A stretch of 64,000 nt of DNA from Lepidodermella squamata (Eukaryota > Animalia > Gastrotricha): the NCBI GenBank assembly GCA_047495785.1, contig JBLDXI010000056.1, positions 569,105 to 633,104 of the forward strand. The letters run 5' to 3'. Below the pieces are notes generated by a model. It was not told where the DNA came from and searched no databases. It was given only the letters and a program-made list of their open reading frames with translations. The first letter of the stretch is position 1; each line of letters opens with the position of its first letter. Below, piece by piece: positions 50,401-63,649 of the stretch. The position numbers and the translations under genes are program-made.

Positions 50401-53400
50401 AGCGCGAAAATGCCCGAATCGGCTGGTTTGGGCACGATGCGGATTCGTGGCGATGCGTACAAGGGTGAATACAGCGATTCCAGCATTCTTTGGCTGGCAG
50501 CGGAATACCGGTCAGCTGCAATGGCCGCGAATAGCCTGCCAACGCGTTTGCGCTTGCTGCCACTACCGAATGAAGCGCGAATAAGCCCGATTCGGCTGGT
50601 TTGGGCACGATGCCGATTCGTAGCGATGCGTACAAGGGTGAATACAGCGATTCCAGCATTCTTTGGCTGGCAGCGGAATACCGGTCAGCTGCAATGGCCG
50701 CGAATAGCCTGCCAACGCGTTTGCGCTTGCTGCCACTACCGAATGAAGCGCGAATATGACCGATTCGGCTGGTTTGGGCACGATGCCGATTCGTAGCGAT
50801 GCGTACAAGGGTGAATACAGCGATTCCAGCATTCTTTGGCTGGCAGCGGAATACCGGTCAGCTGCAATGGCCGCGAATAGCCTGCCAACGCGTTTGCGCT
50901 TGCTGCCGCTACCGAATGAAGCGCGAAAATGCCCGAATCGGCTGGTTTGGGCACGATGCGGATTCGTGGCGATGCGTACAAGGGTGAATACAGCGATTCC
51001 AGCATTCTTTGGCTGGCAGCGGAATACCGGTCAGCTGCAATGGCCGCGAATAGCCTGCCAACGCGTTTGCGCTTGCTGCCACTACCGAATGAAGCGCGAA
51101 TATGCCCGATTCGGCTGGTTTGGGCACGATGCCGATTCGTAGCGATGCGTACAAGGGTGAATACAGCGATTCCAGCATTCTTTGGCTGGCAGCGGAATAC
51201 CGGTCAGCTGCAATGGCCGCGAATAGCCTGCCTACGCGTTTGCGCTTGCTGCCGCTACCGAATGAAGCGCGAAAATGCCCGAATCGGCTGGTTTGGGCAC
51301 GATGCCGATTCGTGGCGATGCGTACAAGGGTGAATACAGCGATTCCAGCATTCTTTGGCTGGCAGCGGAATACCGGTCAGCTGCAATGGCCGCGAATAGC
51401 CTGCCAACGCGTTTGCGCTTGCTGCCGCTACCGAATGAAGCGCGAAAATGCCCGAATCGGCTGGTTTGGGCACGATGCGGATTCGTGGCGATGCGTACAA
51501 GGGTGAATACAGCGATTCCAGCCTTCTTTGGCTGGCAGCGGAATACCGGTCAGCTGCAATGGCCGCGAATAGCCTGCCAACGCGTTTGCGCTTGCTGCCA
51601 CTACCGAATGAAGCGCGAATATGCCCGATTCGGCTGGTTTGGGCACGATGCCGATTCGTAGCGATGCGTACAAGGGTGAATACAGCGATTCCAGCCTTCT
51701 TTGGCTGGCAGCGGAATACCGGTCAGCTGCAATGGCCGCGAATAGCCTGCCAACGCGTTTGCGCTTGCTGCCACTACCGAATGAAGCGCGAATATGCCCG
51801 ATTCGGCTGGTTTGGGCACGATGCCGATTCGTAGCGATGCGTACAAGGGTGAATACAGCGATTCCAGCATTCTTTGGCTGGCAGCGGAATACCGGTCAGC
51901 TGCAATGGCCGCGAATAGCCTGCCAACGCGTTTGCGCTTGCTGCCGCTACCGAATGAAGCGCGAAAATGCCCGAATCGGCTGGTTTGGGCACGATGCCGA
52001 TTCGTGGCGATGCGTACAAGGGTGGATACAGCGATTCCAGCATTCTTTGGCTGGCAGCGGAATACCGGTCAGCTGCAATGGCCGCGAATAGCCTGCCAAC
52101 GCGTTTGCGCTTGCTGCCACTACCGAATGAAGCGCGAATATGCCCGATTCGGCTGGTTTGGGCACGATGCCGATTCGTAGCGATGCGTACAAGGGTGAAT
52201 ACAGCGATTCCAGCATTCTTTGGCTGGCAGCGGAATACCGGTCAGCTGCAATGGCCGCGAATAGCCTGCCTACGCGTTTGCGCTTGCTGCCGCTACCGAA
52301 TGAAGCGCGAAAATGCCCGATTCGGCTGGTTTGGGCACGATGCCGATTCGTAGCGATGCGTACAAGGGTGAATACAGCGATTCCAGCCTTCTTTGGCTGG
52401 CAGCGGAATACCGGTCAGCTGCAATGGCCGCGAATAGCCTGCCAACGCGTTTGCGCTTGCTGCCGCTACCGAATGAAGCGCGAAAATGCCCGAATCGGCT
52501 GGTTTGGGCACGATGCGGATTCGTGGCGATGCGTACAAGGGTGAATACAGCGATTCCAGCATTCTTTGGCTGGCAGCGGAATACCGGTCAGCTGCAATGG
52601 CCGCGAATAGCCTGCCAACGCGTTTGCGCTTGCTGCCACTACCGAATGAAGCGCGAATAAGCCCGATTCGGCTGGTTTGGGCACGATGCCGATTCGTAGC
52701 GATGCGTACAAGGGTGAATACAGCGATTCCAGCATTCTTTGGCTGGCAGCGGAATACCGGTCAGCTGCAATGGCCGCGAATAGCCTGCCAACGCGTTTGC
52801 GCTTGCTGCCACTACCGAATGAAGCGCGAATATGACCGATTCGGCTGGTTTGGGCACGATGCCGATTCGTAGCGATGCGTACAAGGGTGAATACAGCGAT
52901 TCCAGCATTCTTTGGCTGGCAGCGGAATACCGGTCAGCTGCAATGGCCGCGAATAGCCTGCCAACGCGTTTGCGCTTGCTGCCGCTACCGAATGAAGCGC
53001 GAAAATGCCCGAATCGGCTGGTTTGGGCACGATGCGGATTCGTGGCGATGCGTACAAGGGTGAATACAGCGATTCCAGCATTCTTTGGCTGGCAGCGGAA
53101 TACCGGTCAGCTGCAATGGCCGCGAATAGCCTGCCAACGCGTTTGCGCTTGCTGCCACTACCGAATGAAGCGCGAATATGCCCGATTCGGCTGGTTTGGG
53201 CACGATGCCGATTCGTAGCGATGCGTACAAGGGTGAATACAGCGATTCCAGCATTCTTTGGCTGGCAGCGGAATACCGGTCAGCTGCAATGGCCGCGAAT
53301 AGCCTGCCTACGCGTTTGCGCTTGCTGCCGCTACCGAATGAAGCGCGAAAATGCCCGAATCGGCTGGTTTGGGCACGATGCCGATTCGTGGCGATGCGTA

Positions 53401-56400
53401 CAAGGGTGAATACAGCGATTCCAGCATTCTTTGGCTGGCAGCGGAATACCGGTCAGCTGCAATGGCCGCGAATAGCCTGCCAACGCGTTTGCGCTTGCTG
53501 CCGCTACCGAATGAAGCGCGAAAATGCCCGAATCGGCTGGTTTGGGCACGATGCGGATTCGTGGCGATGCGTACAAGGGTGAATACAGCGATTCCAGCCT
53601 TCTTTGGCTGGCAGCGGAATACCGGTCAGCTGCAATGGCCGCGAATAGCCTGCCAACGCGTTTGCGCTTGCTGCCACTACCGAATGAAGCGCGAATATGC
53701 CCGATTCGGCTGGTTTGGGCACGATGCCGATTCGTAGCGATGCGTACAAGGGTGAATACAGCGATTCCAGCATTCTTTGGCTGGCAGCGGAATACCGGTC
53801 AGCTGCAATGGCCGCGAATAGCCTGCCTACGCGTTTGCGCTTGCTGCCGCTACCGAATGAAGCGCGAAAATGCCCGAATCGGCTGGTTTGGGCACGATGC
53901 CGATTCGTGGCGATGCGTACAAGGGTGAATACAGCGATTCCAGCATTCTTTGGCTGGCAGCGGAATACCGGTCAGCTGCAATGGCCGCGAATAGCCTGCC
54001 AACGCGTTTGCGCTTGCTGCCGCTACCGAATGAAGCGCGAAAATGCCCGAATCGGCTGGTTTGGGCACGATGCCGATTCGTGGCGATGCGTACAAGGGTG
54101 AATACAGCGATTCCAGCATTCTTTGGCTGGCAGCGGAATACCGGTCAGCTGCAATGGCCGCGAATAGCCTGCCAACGCGTTTGCGCTTGCTGCCGCTACC
54201 GAATGAAGCGCGAATATGCCCGATTCGGCTGGTTTGGGCACGATGCCGATTCGTAGCGATGCGTACAAGGGTGAATACAGCGATTCCAGCATTCTTTGGC
54301 TGGCAGCGGAATACCGGTCAGCTGCAATGGCCGCGAATAGCCTGCCAACGCGTTTGCGCTTGCTGCCGCTACCGAATGAAGCGCGAAAATGCCCGAATCG
54401 GCTGGTTTGGGCACGATGCCGATTCGTGGCGATGCGTACAAGGGTGGATACAGCGATTCCAGCATTCTTTGGCTGGCAGCGGAATACCGGTCAGCTGCAA
54501 TGGCCGCGAATAGCCTGCCAACGCGTTTGCGCTTGCTGCCGCTACCGAATGAAGCGCGAAAATGCCCGAATCGGCTGGTTTGGGCACGATGCGGATTCGT
54601 GGCGATGCGTACAAGGGTGAATACAGCGATTCCAGCATTCTTTGGCTGGCAGCGGAATACCGGTCAGCTGCAATGGCCGCGAATAGCCTGCCAACGCGTT
54701 TGCGCTTGCTGCCACTACCGAATGAAGCGCGAATATGCCCGATTCGGCTGGTTTGGGCACGATGCCGATTCGTAGCGATGCGTACAAGGGTGAATACAGC
54801 GATTCCAGCATTCTTTGGCTGGCAGCGGAATACCGGTCAGCTGCAATGGCCGCGAATAGCCTGCCAACGCGTTTGCGCTTGCTGCCGCTACCGAATGAAG
54901 CGCGAATAAGCCCGATTCGGCTGGTTTGGGCACGATGCCGATTCGTAGCGATGCGTACAAGGGTGAATACAGCGATTCCAGCCTTCTTTGGCTGGCAGCG
55001 GAATACCGGTCAGCTGCAATGGCCGCGAATAGCCTGCCAACGCGTTTGCGCTTGCTGCCGCTACCGAATGAAGCGCGAAAATGCCCGAATCGGCTGGTTT
55101 GGGCACGATGCCGATTCGTGGCGATGCGTACAAGGGTGGATACAGCGATTCCAGCATTCTTTGGCTGGCAGCGGAATACCGGTCAGCTGCAATGGCCGCG
55201 AATAGCCTGCCAACGCGTTTGCGCTTGCTGCCGCTACCGAATGAAGCGCGAAAATGCCCGAATCGGCTGGTTTGGGCACGATGCGGATTCGTGGCGATGC
55301 GTACAAGGGTGAATACAGCGATTCCAGCATTCTTTGGCTGGCAGCGGAATACCGGTCAGCTGCAATGGCCGCGAATAGCCTGCCAACGCGTTTGCGCTTG
55401 CTGCCACTACCGAATGAAGCGCGAATATGCCCGATTCGGCTGGTTTGGGCACGATGCCGATTCGTAGCGATGCGTACAAGGGTGAATACAGCGATTCCAG
55501 CATTCTTTGGCTGGCAGCGGAATACCGGTCAGCTGCAATGGCCGCGAATAGCCTGCCAACGCGTTTGCGCTTGCTGCCGCTACCGAATGAAGCGCGAATA
55601 AGCCCGATTCGGCTGGTTTGGGCACGATGCCGATTCGTAGCGATGCGTACAAGGGTGAATACAGCGATTCCAGCCTTCTTTGGCTGGCAGCGGAATACCG
55701 GTCAGCTGCAATGGCCGCGAATAGCCTGCCAACGCGTTTGCGCTTGCTGCCGCTACCGAATGAAGCGCGAAAATGCCCGAATCGGCTGGTTTGGGCACGA
55801 TGCCGATTCGTGGCGATGCGTACAAGGGTGGATACAGCGATTCCAGCCTTCTTTGGCTGGCAGCGGAATACCGGTCAGCTGCAATGGCCGCGAATAGCCT
55901 GCCAACGCGTTTGCGCTTGCTGCCGCTACCGAATGAAGCGCGAATATGCCCGATTCGGCTGGTTTGGGCACGATGCCGATTCGTAGCGATGCGTACAAGG
56001 GTGAATACAGCGATTCCAGCATTCTTTGGCTGGCAGCGGAATACCGGTCAGCTGCAATGGCCGCGAATAGCCTGCCAACGCGTTTGCGCTTGCTGCCGCT
56101 ACCGAATGAAGCGCGAAAATGCCCGAATCGGCTGGTTTGGGCACGATGCCGATTCGTGGCGATGCGTACAAGGGTGGATACAGCGATTCCAGCCTTCTTT
56201 GGCTGGCAGCGGAATACCGGTCAGCTGCAATGGCCGCGAATAGCCTGCCAACGCGTTTGCGCTTGCTGCCACTACCGAATGAAGCGCGAATATGCCCGAA
56301 TCGGCTGGTTTGGGCACGATGCCGATTCGTGGCGATGCGTACAAGGGTGAATACAGCGATTCCAGCATTCTTTGGCTGGCAGCGGAATACCGGTCAGCTG

Positions 56401-59400
56401 CAATGGCCGCGAATAGCCTGCCAACGCGTTTGCGCTTGCTGCCGCTACCGAATGAAGCGCGAAAATGCCCGAATCGGCTGGTTTGGGCACGATGCCGATT
56501 CGTGGCGATGCGTACAAGGGTGAATACAGCGATTCCAGCATTCTTTGGCTGGCAGCGGAATACCGGTCAGCTGCAATGGCCGCGAATAGCCTGCCAACGC
56601 GTTTGCGCTTGCTGCCGCTACCGAATGAAGCGCGAATATGCCCGATTCGGCTGGTTTGGGCACGATGCCGATTCGTAGCGATGCGTACAAGGGTGAATAC
56701 AGCGATTCCAGCATTCTTTGGCTGGCAGCGGAATACCGGTCAGCTGCAATGGCCGCGAATAGCCTGCCAACGCGTTTGCGCTTGCTGCCGCTACCGAATG
56801 AAGCGCGAAAATGCCCGAATCGGCTGGTTTGGGCACGATGCCGATTCGTGGCGATGCGTACAAGGGTGGATACAGCGATTCCAGCATTCTTTGGCTGGCA
56901 GCGGAATACCGGTCAGCTGCAATGGCCGCGAATAGCCTGCCAACGCGTTTGCGCTTGCTGCCGCTACCGAATGAAGCGCGAAAATGCCCGAATCGGCTGG
57001 TTTGGGCACGATGCGGATTCGTGGCGATGCGTACAAGGGTGAATACAGCGATTCCAGCATTCTTTGGCTGGCAGCGGAATACCGGTCAGCTGCAATGGCC
57101 GCGAATAGCCTGCCAACGCGTTTGCGCTTGCTGCCACTACCGAATGAAGCGCGAATATGCCCGATTCGGCTGGTTTGGGCACGATGCCGATTCGTAGCGA
57201 TGCGTACAAGGGTGAATACAGCGATTCCAGCATTCTTTGGCTGGCAGCGGAATACCGGTCAGCTGCAATGGCCGCGAATAGCCTGCCAACGCGTTTGCGC
57301 TTGCTGCCACTACCGAATGAAGCGCGAATATGCCCGATTCGGCTGGTTTGGGCACGATGCCGATTCGTAGCGATGCGTACAAGGGTGAATACAGCGATTC
57401 CAGCATTCTTTGGCTGGCAGCGGAATACCGGTCAGCTGCAATGGCCGCGAATAGCCTGCCTACGCGTTTGCGCTTGCTGCCGCTACCGAATGAAGCGCGA
57501 AAATGCCCGAATCGGCTGGTTTGGGCACGATGCCGATTCGTGGCGATGCGTACAAGGGTGAATACAGCGATTCCAGCATTCTTTGGCTGGCAGCGGAATA
57601 CCGGTCAGCTGCAATGGCCGCGAATAGCCTGCCAACGCGTTTGCGCTTGCTGCCGCTACCGAATGAAGCGCGAAAATGCCCGAATCGGCTGGTTTGGGCA
57701 CGATGCCGATTCGTGGCGATGCGTACAAGGGTGAATACAGCGATTCCAGCATTCTTTGGCTGGCAGCGGAATACCGGTCAGCTGCAATGGCCGCGAATAG
57801 CCTGCCAACGCGTTTGCGCTTGCTGCCACTACCGAATGAAGCGCGAATATGCCCGATTCGGCTGGTTTGGGCACGATGCCGATTCGTAGCGATGCGTACA
57901 AGGGTGAATACAGCGATTCCAGCATTCTTTGGCTGGCAGCGGAATACCGGTCAGCTGCAATGGCCGCGAATAGCCTGCCAACGCGTTTGCGCTTGCTGCC
58001 GCTACCGAATGAAGCGCGAATAAGCCCGATTCGGCTGGTTTGGGCACGATGCCGATTCGTAGCGATGCGTACAAGGGTGAATACAGCGATTCCAGCCTTC
58101 TTTGGCTGGCAGCGGAATACCGGTCAGCTGCAATGGCCGCGAATAGCCTGCCAACGCGTTTGCGCTTGCTGCCGCTACCGAATGAAGCGCGAAAATGCCC
58201 GAATCGGCTGGTTTGGGCACGATGCCGATTCGTGGCGATGCGTACAAGGGTGGATACAGCGATTCCAGCCTTCTTTGGCTGGCAGCGGAATACCGGTCAG
58301 CTGCAATGGCCGCGAATAGCCTGCCAACGCGTTTGCGCTTGCTGCCGCTACCGAATGAAGCGCGAATATGCCCGATTCGGCTGGTTTGGGCACGATGCCG
58401 ATTCGTAGCGATGCGTACAAGGGTGAATACAGCGATTCCAGCATTCTTTGGCTGGCAGCGGAATACCGGTCAGCTGCAATGGCCGCGAATAGCCTGCCAA
58501 CGCGTTTGCGCTTGCTGCCGCTACCGAATGAAGCGCGAAAATGCCCGATTCGGCTGGTTTGGGCACGATGCCGATTCGTGGCGATGCGTACAAGGGTGGA
58601 TACAGCGATTCCAGCCTTCTTTGGCTGGCAGCGGAATACCGGTCAGCTGCAATGGCCGCGAATAGCCTGCCAACGCGTTTGCGCTTGCTGCCACTACCGA
58701 ATGAAGCGCGAATATGCCCGATTCGGCTGGTTTGGGCACGATGCCGATTCGTAGCGATGCGTACAAGGGTGAATACAGCGATTCCAGCATTCTTTGGCTG
58801 GCAGCGGAATACCGGTCAGCTGCAATGGCCGCGAATAGCCTGCCAACGCGTTTGCGCTTGCTGCCGCTACCGAATGAAGCGCGAAAATGCCCGAATCGGC
58901 TGGTTTGGGCACGATGCCGATTCGTGGCGATGCGTACAAGGGTGGATACAGCGATTCCAGCCTTCTTTGGCTGGCAGCGGAATACCGGTCAGCTGCAATG
59001 GCCGCGAATAGCCTGCCAACGCGTTTGCGCTTGCTGCCACTACCGAATGAAGCGCGAATATGCCCGATTCGGCTGGTTTGGGCACGATGCCGATTCGTAG
59101 CGATGCGTACAAGGGTGAATACAGCGATTCCAGCATTCTTTGGCTGGCAGCGGAATACCGGTCAGCTGCAATGGCCGCGAATAGCCTGCCAACGCGTTTG
59201 CGCTTGCTGCCGCTACCGAATGAAGCGCGAAAATGCCCGAATCGGCTGGTTTGGGCACGATGCGGATTCGTGGCGATGCGTACAAGGGTGAATACAGCGA
59301 TTCCAGCATTCTTTGGCTGGCAGCGGAATACCGGTCAGCTGCAATGGCCGCGAATAGCCTGCCAACGCGTTTGCGCTTGCTGCCACTACCGAATGAAGCG

Positions 59401-62400
59401 CGAATATGCCCGATTCGGCTGGTTTGGGCACGATGCCGATTCGTAGCGATGCGTACAAGGGTGAATACAGCGATTCCAGCATTCTTTGGCTGGCAGCGGA
59501 ATACCGGTCAGCTGCAATGGCCGCGAATAGCCTGCCAACGCGTTTGCGCTTGCTGCCGCTACCGAATGAAGCGCGAATAAGCCCGATTCGGCTGGTTTGG
59601 GCACGATGCCGATTCGTAGCGATGCGTACAAGGGTGAATACAGCGATTCCAGCCTTCTTTGGCTGGCAGCGGAATACCGGTCAGCTGCAATGGCCGCGAA
59701 TAGCCTGCCAACGCGTTTGCGCTTGCTGCCGCTACCGAATGAAGCGCGAAAATGCCCGAATCGGCTGGTTTGGGCACGATGCCGATTCGTGGCGATGCGT
59801 ACAAGGGTGGATACAGCGATTCCAGCCTTCTTTGGCTGGCAGCGGAATACCGGTCAGCTGCAATGGCCGCGAATAGCCTGCCAACGCGTTTGCGCTTGCT
59901 GCCGCTACCGAATGAAGCGCGAATATGCCCGATTCGGCTGGTTTGGGCACGATGCCGATTCGTAGCGATGCGTACAAGGGTGAATACAGCGATTCCAGCA
60001 TTCTTTGGCTGGCAGCGGAATACCGGTCAGCTGCAATGGCCGCGAATAGCCTGCCAACGCGTTTGCGCTTGCTGCCGCTACCGAATGAAGCGCGAAAATG
60101 CCCGAATCGGCTGGTTTGGGCACGATGCCGATTCGTGGCGATGCGTACAAGGGTGGATACAGCGATTCCAGCCTTCTTTGGCTGGCAGCGGAATACCGGT
60201 CAGCTGCAATGGCCGCGAATAGCCTGCCAACGCGTTTGCGCTTGCTGCCACTACCGAATGAAGCGCGAATATGCCCGATTCGGCTGGTTTGGGCACGATG
60301 CCGATTCGTAGCGATGCGTACAAGGGTGAATACAGCGATTCCAGCATTCTTTGGCTGGCAGCGGAATACCGGTCAGCTGCAATGGCCGCGAATAGCCTGC
60401 CAACGCGTTTGCGCTTGCTGCCGCTACCGAATGAAGCGCGAAAATGCCCGAATCGGCTGGTTTGGGCACGATGCCGATTCGTGGCGATGCGTACAAGGGT
60501 GGATACAGCGATTCCAGCCTTCTTTGGCTGGCAGCGGAATACCGGTCAGCTGCAATGGCCGCGAATAGCCTGCCAACGCGTTTGCGCTTGCTGCCACTAC
60601 CGAATGAAGCGCGAATATGCCCGATTCGGCTGGTTTGGGCACGATGCCGATTCGTAGCGATGCGTACAAGGGTGAATACAGCGATTCCAGCATTCTTTGG
60701 CTGGCAGCGGAATACCGGTCAGCTGCAATGGCCGCGAATAGCCTGCCAACGCGTTTGCGCTTGCTGCCGCTACCGAATGAAGCGCGAAAATGCCCGAATC
60801 GGCTGGTTTGGGCACGATGCGGATTCGTGGCGATGCGTACAAGGGTGAATACAGCGATTCCAGCATTCTTTGGCTGGCAGCGGAATACCGGTCAGCTGCA
60901 ATGGCCGCGAATAGCCTGCCAACGCGTTTGCGCTTGCTGCCGCTACCGAATGAAGCGCGAATATGCCCGATTCGGCTGGTTTGGGCACGATGCCGATTCG
61001 TAGCGATGCGTACAAGGGTGAATACAGCGATTCCAGCATTCTTTGGCTGGCAGCGGAATACCGGTCAGCTGCAATGGCCGCGAATAGCCTGCCAACGCGT
61101 TTGCGCTTGCTGCCGCTACCGAATGAAGCGCGAAAATGCCCGAATCGGCTGGTTTGGGCACGATGCGGATTCGTGGCGATGCGTACAAGGGTGAATACAG
61201 CGATTCCAGCATTCTTTGGCTGGCAGCGGAATACCGGTCAGCTGCAATGGCCGCGAATAGCCTGCCAACGCGTTTGCGCTTGCTGCCGCTACCGAATGAA
61301 GCGCGAAAATGCCCGAATCGGCTGGTTTGGGCACGATGCCGATTCGTGGCGATGCGTACAAGGGTGAATACAGCGATTCCAGCATTCTTTGGCTGGCAGC
61401 GGAATACCGGTCAGCTGCAATGGCCGCGAATAGCCTGCCAACGCGTTTGCGCTTGCTGCCACTACCGAATGAAGCGCGAAAATGCCCGAATCGGCTGGTT
61501 TGGGCACGATGCCGATTCGTGGCGATGCGTACAAGGGTGGATACAGCGATTCCAGCATTCTTTGGCTGGCAGCGGAATACCGGTCAGCTGCAATGGCCGC
61601 GAATAGCCTGCCAACGCGTTTGCGCTTGCTGCCGCTACCGAATGAAGCGCGAATAAGCCCGATTCGGCTGGTTTGGGCACGATGCCGATTCGTAGCGATG
61701 CGTACAAGGGTGAATACAGCGATTCCAGCCTTCTTTGGCTGGCAGCGGAATACCGGTCAGCTGCAATGGCCGCGAATAGCCTGCCAACGCGTTTGCGCTT
61801 GCTGCCACTACCGAATGAAGCGCGAATATGCCCGATTCGGCTGGTTTGGGCACGATGCCGATTCGTAGCGATGCGTACAAGGGTGAATACAGCGATTCCA
61901 GCATTCTTTGGCTGGCAGCGGAATACCGGTCAGCTGCAATGGCCGCGAATAGCCTGCCAACGCGTTTGCGCTTGCTGCCGCTACCGAATGAAGCGCGAAA
62001 ATGCCCGAATCGGCTGGTTTGGGCACGATGCCGATTCGTGGCGATGCGTACAAGGGTGGATACAGCGATTCCAGCATTCTTTGGCTGGCAGCGGAATACC
62101 GGTCAGCTGCAATGGCCGCGAATAGCCTGCCAACGCGTTTGCGCTTGCTGCCGCTACCGAATGAAGCGCGAATATGCCCGATTCGGCTGGTTTGGGCACG
62201 ATGCCGATTCGTAGCGATGCGTACAAGGGTGAATACAGCGATTCCAGCATTCTTTGGCTGGCAGCGGAATACCGGTCAGCTGCAATGGCCGCGAATAGCC
62301 TGCCAACGCGTTTGCGCTTGCTGCCGCTACCGAATGAAGCGCGAATAAGCCCGATTCGGCTGGTTTGGGCACGATGCCGATTCGTAGCGATGCGTACAAG

Positions 62401-63448
62401 GGTGAATACAGCGATTCCAGCCTTCTTTGGCTGGCAGCGGAATACCGGTCAGCTGCAATGGCCGCGAATAGCCTGCCAACGCGTTTGCGCTTGCTGCCAC
62501 TACCGAATGAAGCGCGAATATGCCCGATTCGGCTGGTTTGGGCACGATGCCGATTCGTAGCGATGCGTACAAGGGTGAATACAGCGATTCCAGCATTCTT
62601 TGGCTGGCAGCGGAATACCGGTCAGCTGCAATGGCCGCGAATAGCCTGCCAACGCGTTTGCGCTTGCTGCCGCTACCGAATGAAGCGCGAAAATGCCCGA
62701 ATCGGCTGGTTTGGGCACGATGCCGATTCGTGGCGATGCGTACAAGGGTGGATACAGCGATTCCAGCATTCTTTGGCTGGCAGCGGAATACCGGTCAGCT
62801 GCAATGGCCGCGAATAGCCTGCCAACGCGTTTGCGCTTGCTGCCGCTACCGAATGAAGCGCGAAAATGCCCGAATCGGCTGGTTTGGGCACGATGCCGAT
62901 TCGTGGCGATGCGTACAAGGGTGGATACAGCGATTCCAGCATTCTTTGGCTGGCAGCGGAATACCGGTCAGCTGCAATGGCCGCGAATAGCCTGCCAACG
63001 CGTTTGCGCTTGCTGCCGCTACCGAATGAAGCGCGAATATGCCCGATTCGGCTGGTTTGGGCACGATGCCGATTCGTAGCGATGCGTACAAGGGTGGATA
63101 CAGCAATTCCAGCATTCTTTGGCTGGCAGCGGAATACCGGTCAGCTGCAATGGCCGCGAATAGCCTGCCAACGCGTTTGCGCTTGCTGCCGCTACCGAAT
63201 GAAGGGCGAAAATGCCCGAATCGGCTGGTTTGGGCACGATGCCGATTCGTGGCGATGCGTACAAGGGTGGATACAGCGATTCCAGCATTCTTTGGCTGGC
63301 AGCGGAATACCGGTCAGCTGCAATGGCCGCGAATAGCCTGCCAACGCGTTTGCGCTTGCTGCCGCTACCGAATGAAGCGCGAAAATGCCCGAATCGGCTG
63401 GTTTGGGCACGATGCCGATTCGTGGCGATGCGTACAAGGGTGGATACA
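44434..63448. repeat. 173-bp tandem satellite, right sub-array (~110 copies)
   Basis: Same monomer and orientation as the left sub-array. 63192-44508 = 108x173 exactly. Ends abruptly at GGGTGGATACA|CATACAAG. Confidence 0.99.
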
Positions 63449-63649
63449 CATACAAGTCCGGGTTTTGCAGAGTGACCTAGATGATTCATGTGCAATTATT
63501 ATTGCTATATATCATGTGTGTAGTAGTCTTATGTTTAGCTATGCGCGCTGGTGGTGCGGTGGTGAGGTCGTGCAGTCGTTCACTTGTTATTTTTATCAGT
63601 CGTAAAGCCATTCGTTTTTCGAGCTATTTGCGAAATTCATCTGAATAAA

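Larger units (their letters stand above)
18200..63481 (-). mobile_element. Putative non-autonomous Helitron-like element enclosing the whole satellite array
   Basis: Minus-strand 3' end CTGG|T at 18203-18199 with a GC-rich hairpin at 18209-18230. Minus-strand 5' end A|TCTAGG at 63481 (alternative A|TCATC at 63484) followed by TGTATGTGTAT. No TSD, no Rep/helicase. Motifs are short, so this is inference. Confidence 0.55.

Noticed and set aside
18239-63448. CRISPR array, 5S rRNA or tRNA/snRNA gene cluster
   Set aside because: No unique spacers, eukaryotic context, and no A/B/C boxes, poly-T terminator or RNA-family motif that I recognise in the monomer.
63456-63465. GTCCGGGTTT identical to the right junction of the 5.3-kb element
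   Set aside because: Only 10 bp, part of it satellite-derived at the other site; the rest of the TIR and the subterminal motifs are absent. Treated as coincidence, though not excluded.
18241-63605. Hundreds of 60-190 aa ORFs on both strands within the satellite
   Set aside because: 173 is not a multiple of 3, frames rotate and hit stops within about three monomers, and no domain is recognisable. They are by-products of a GC-rich repeat.
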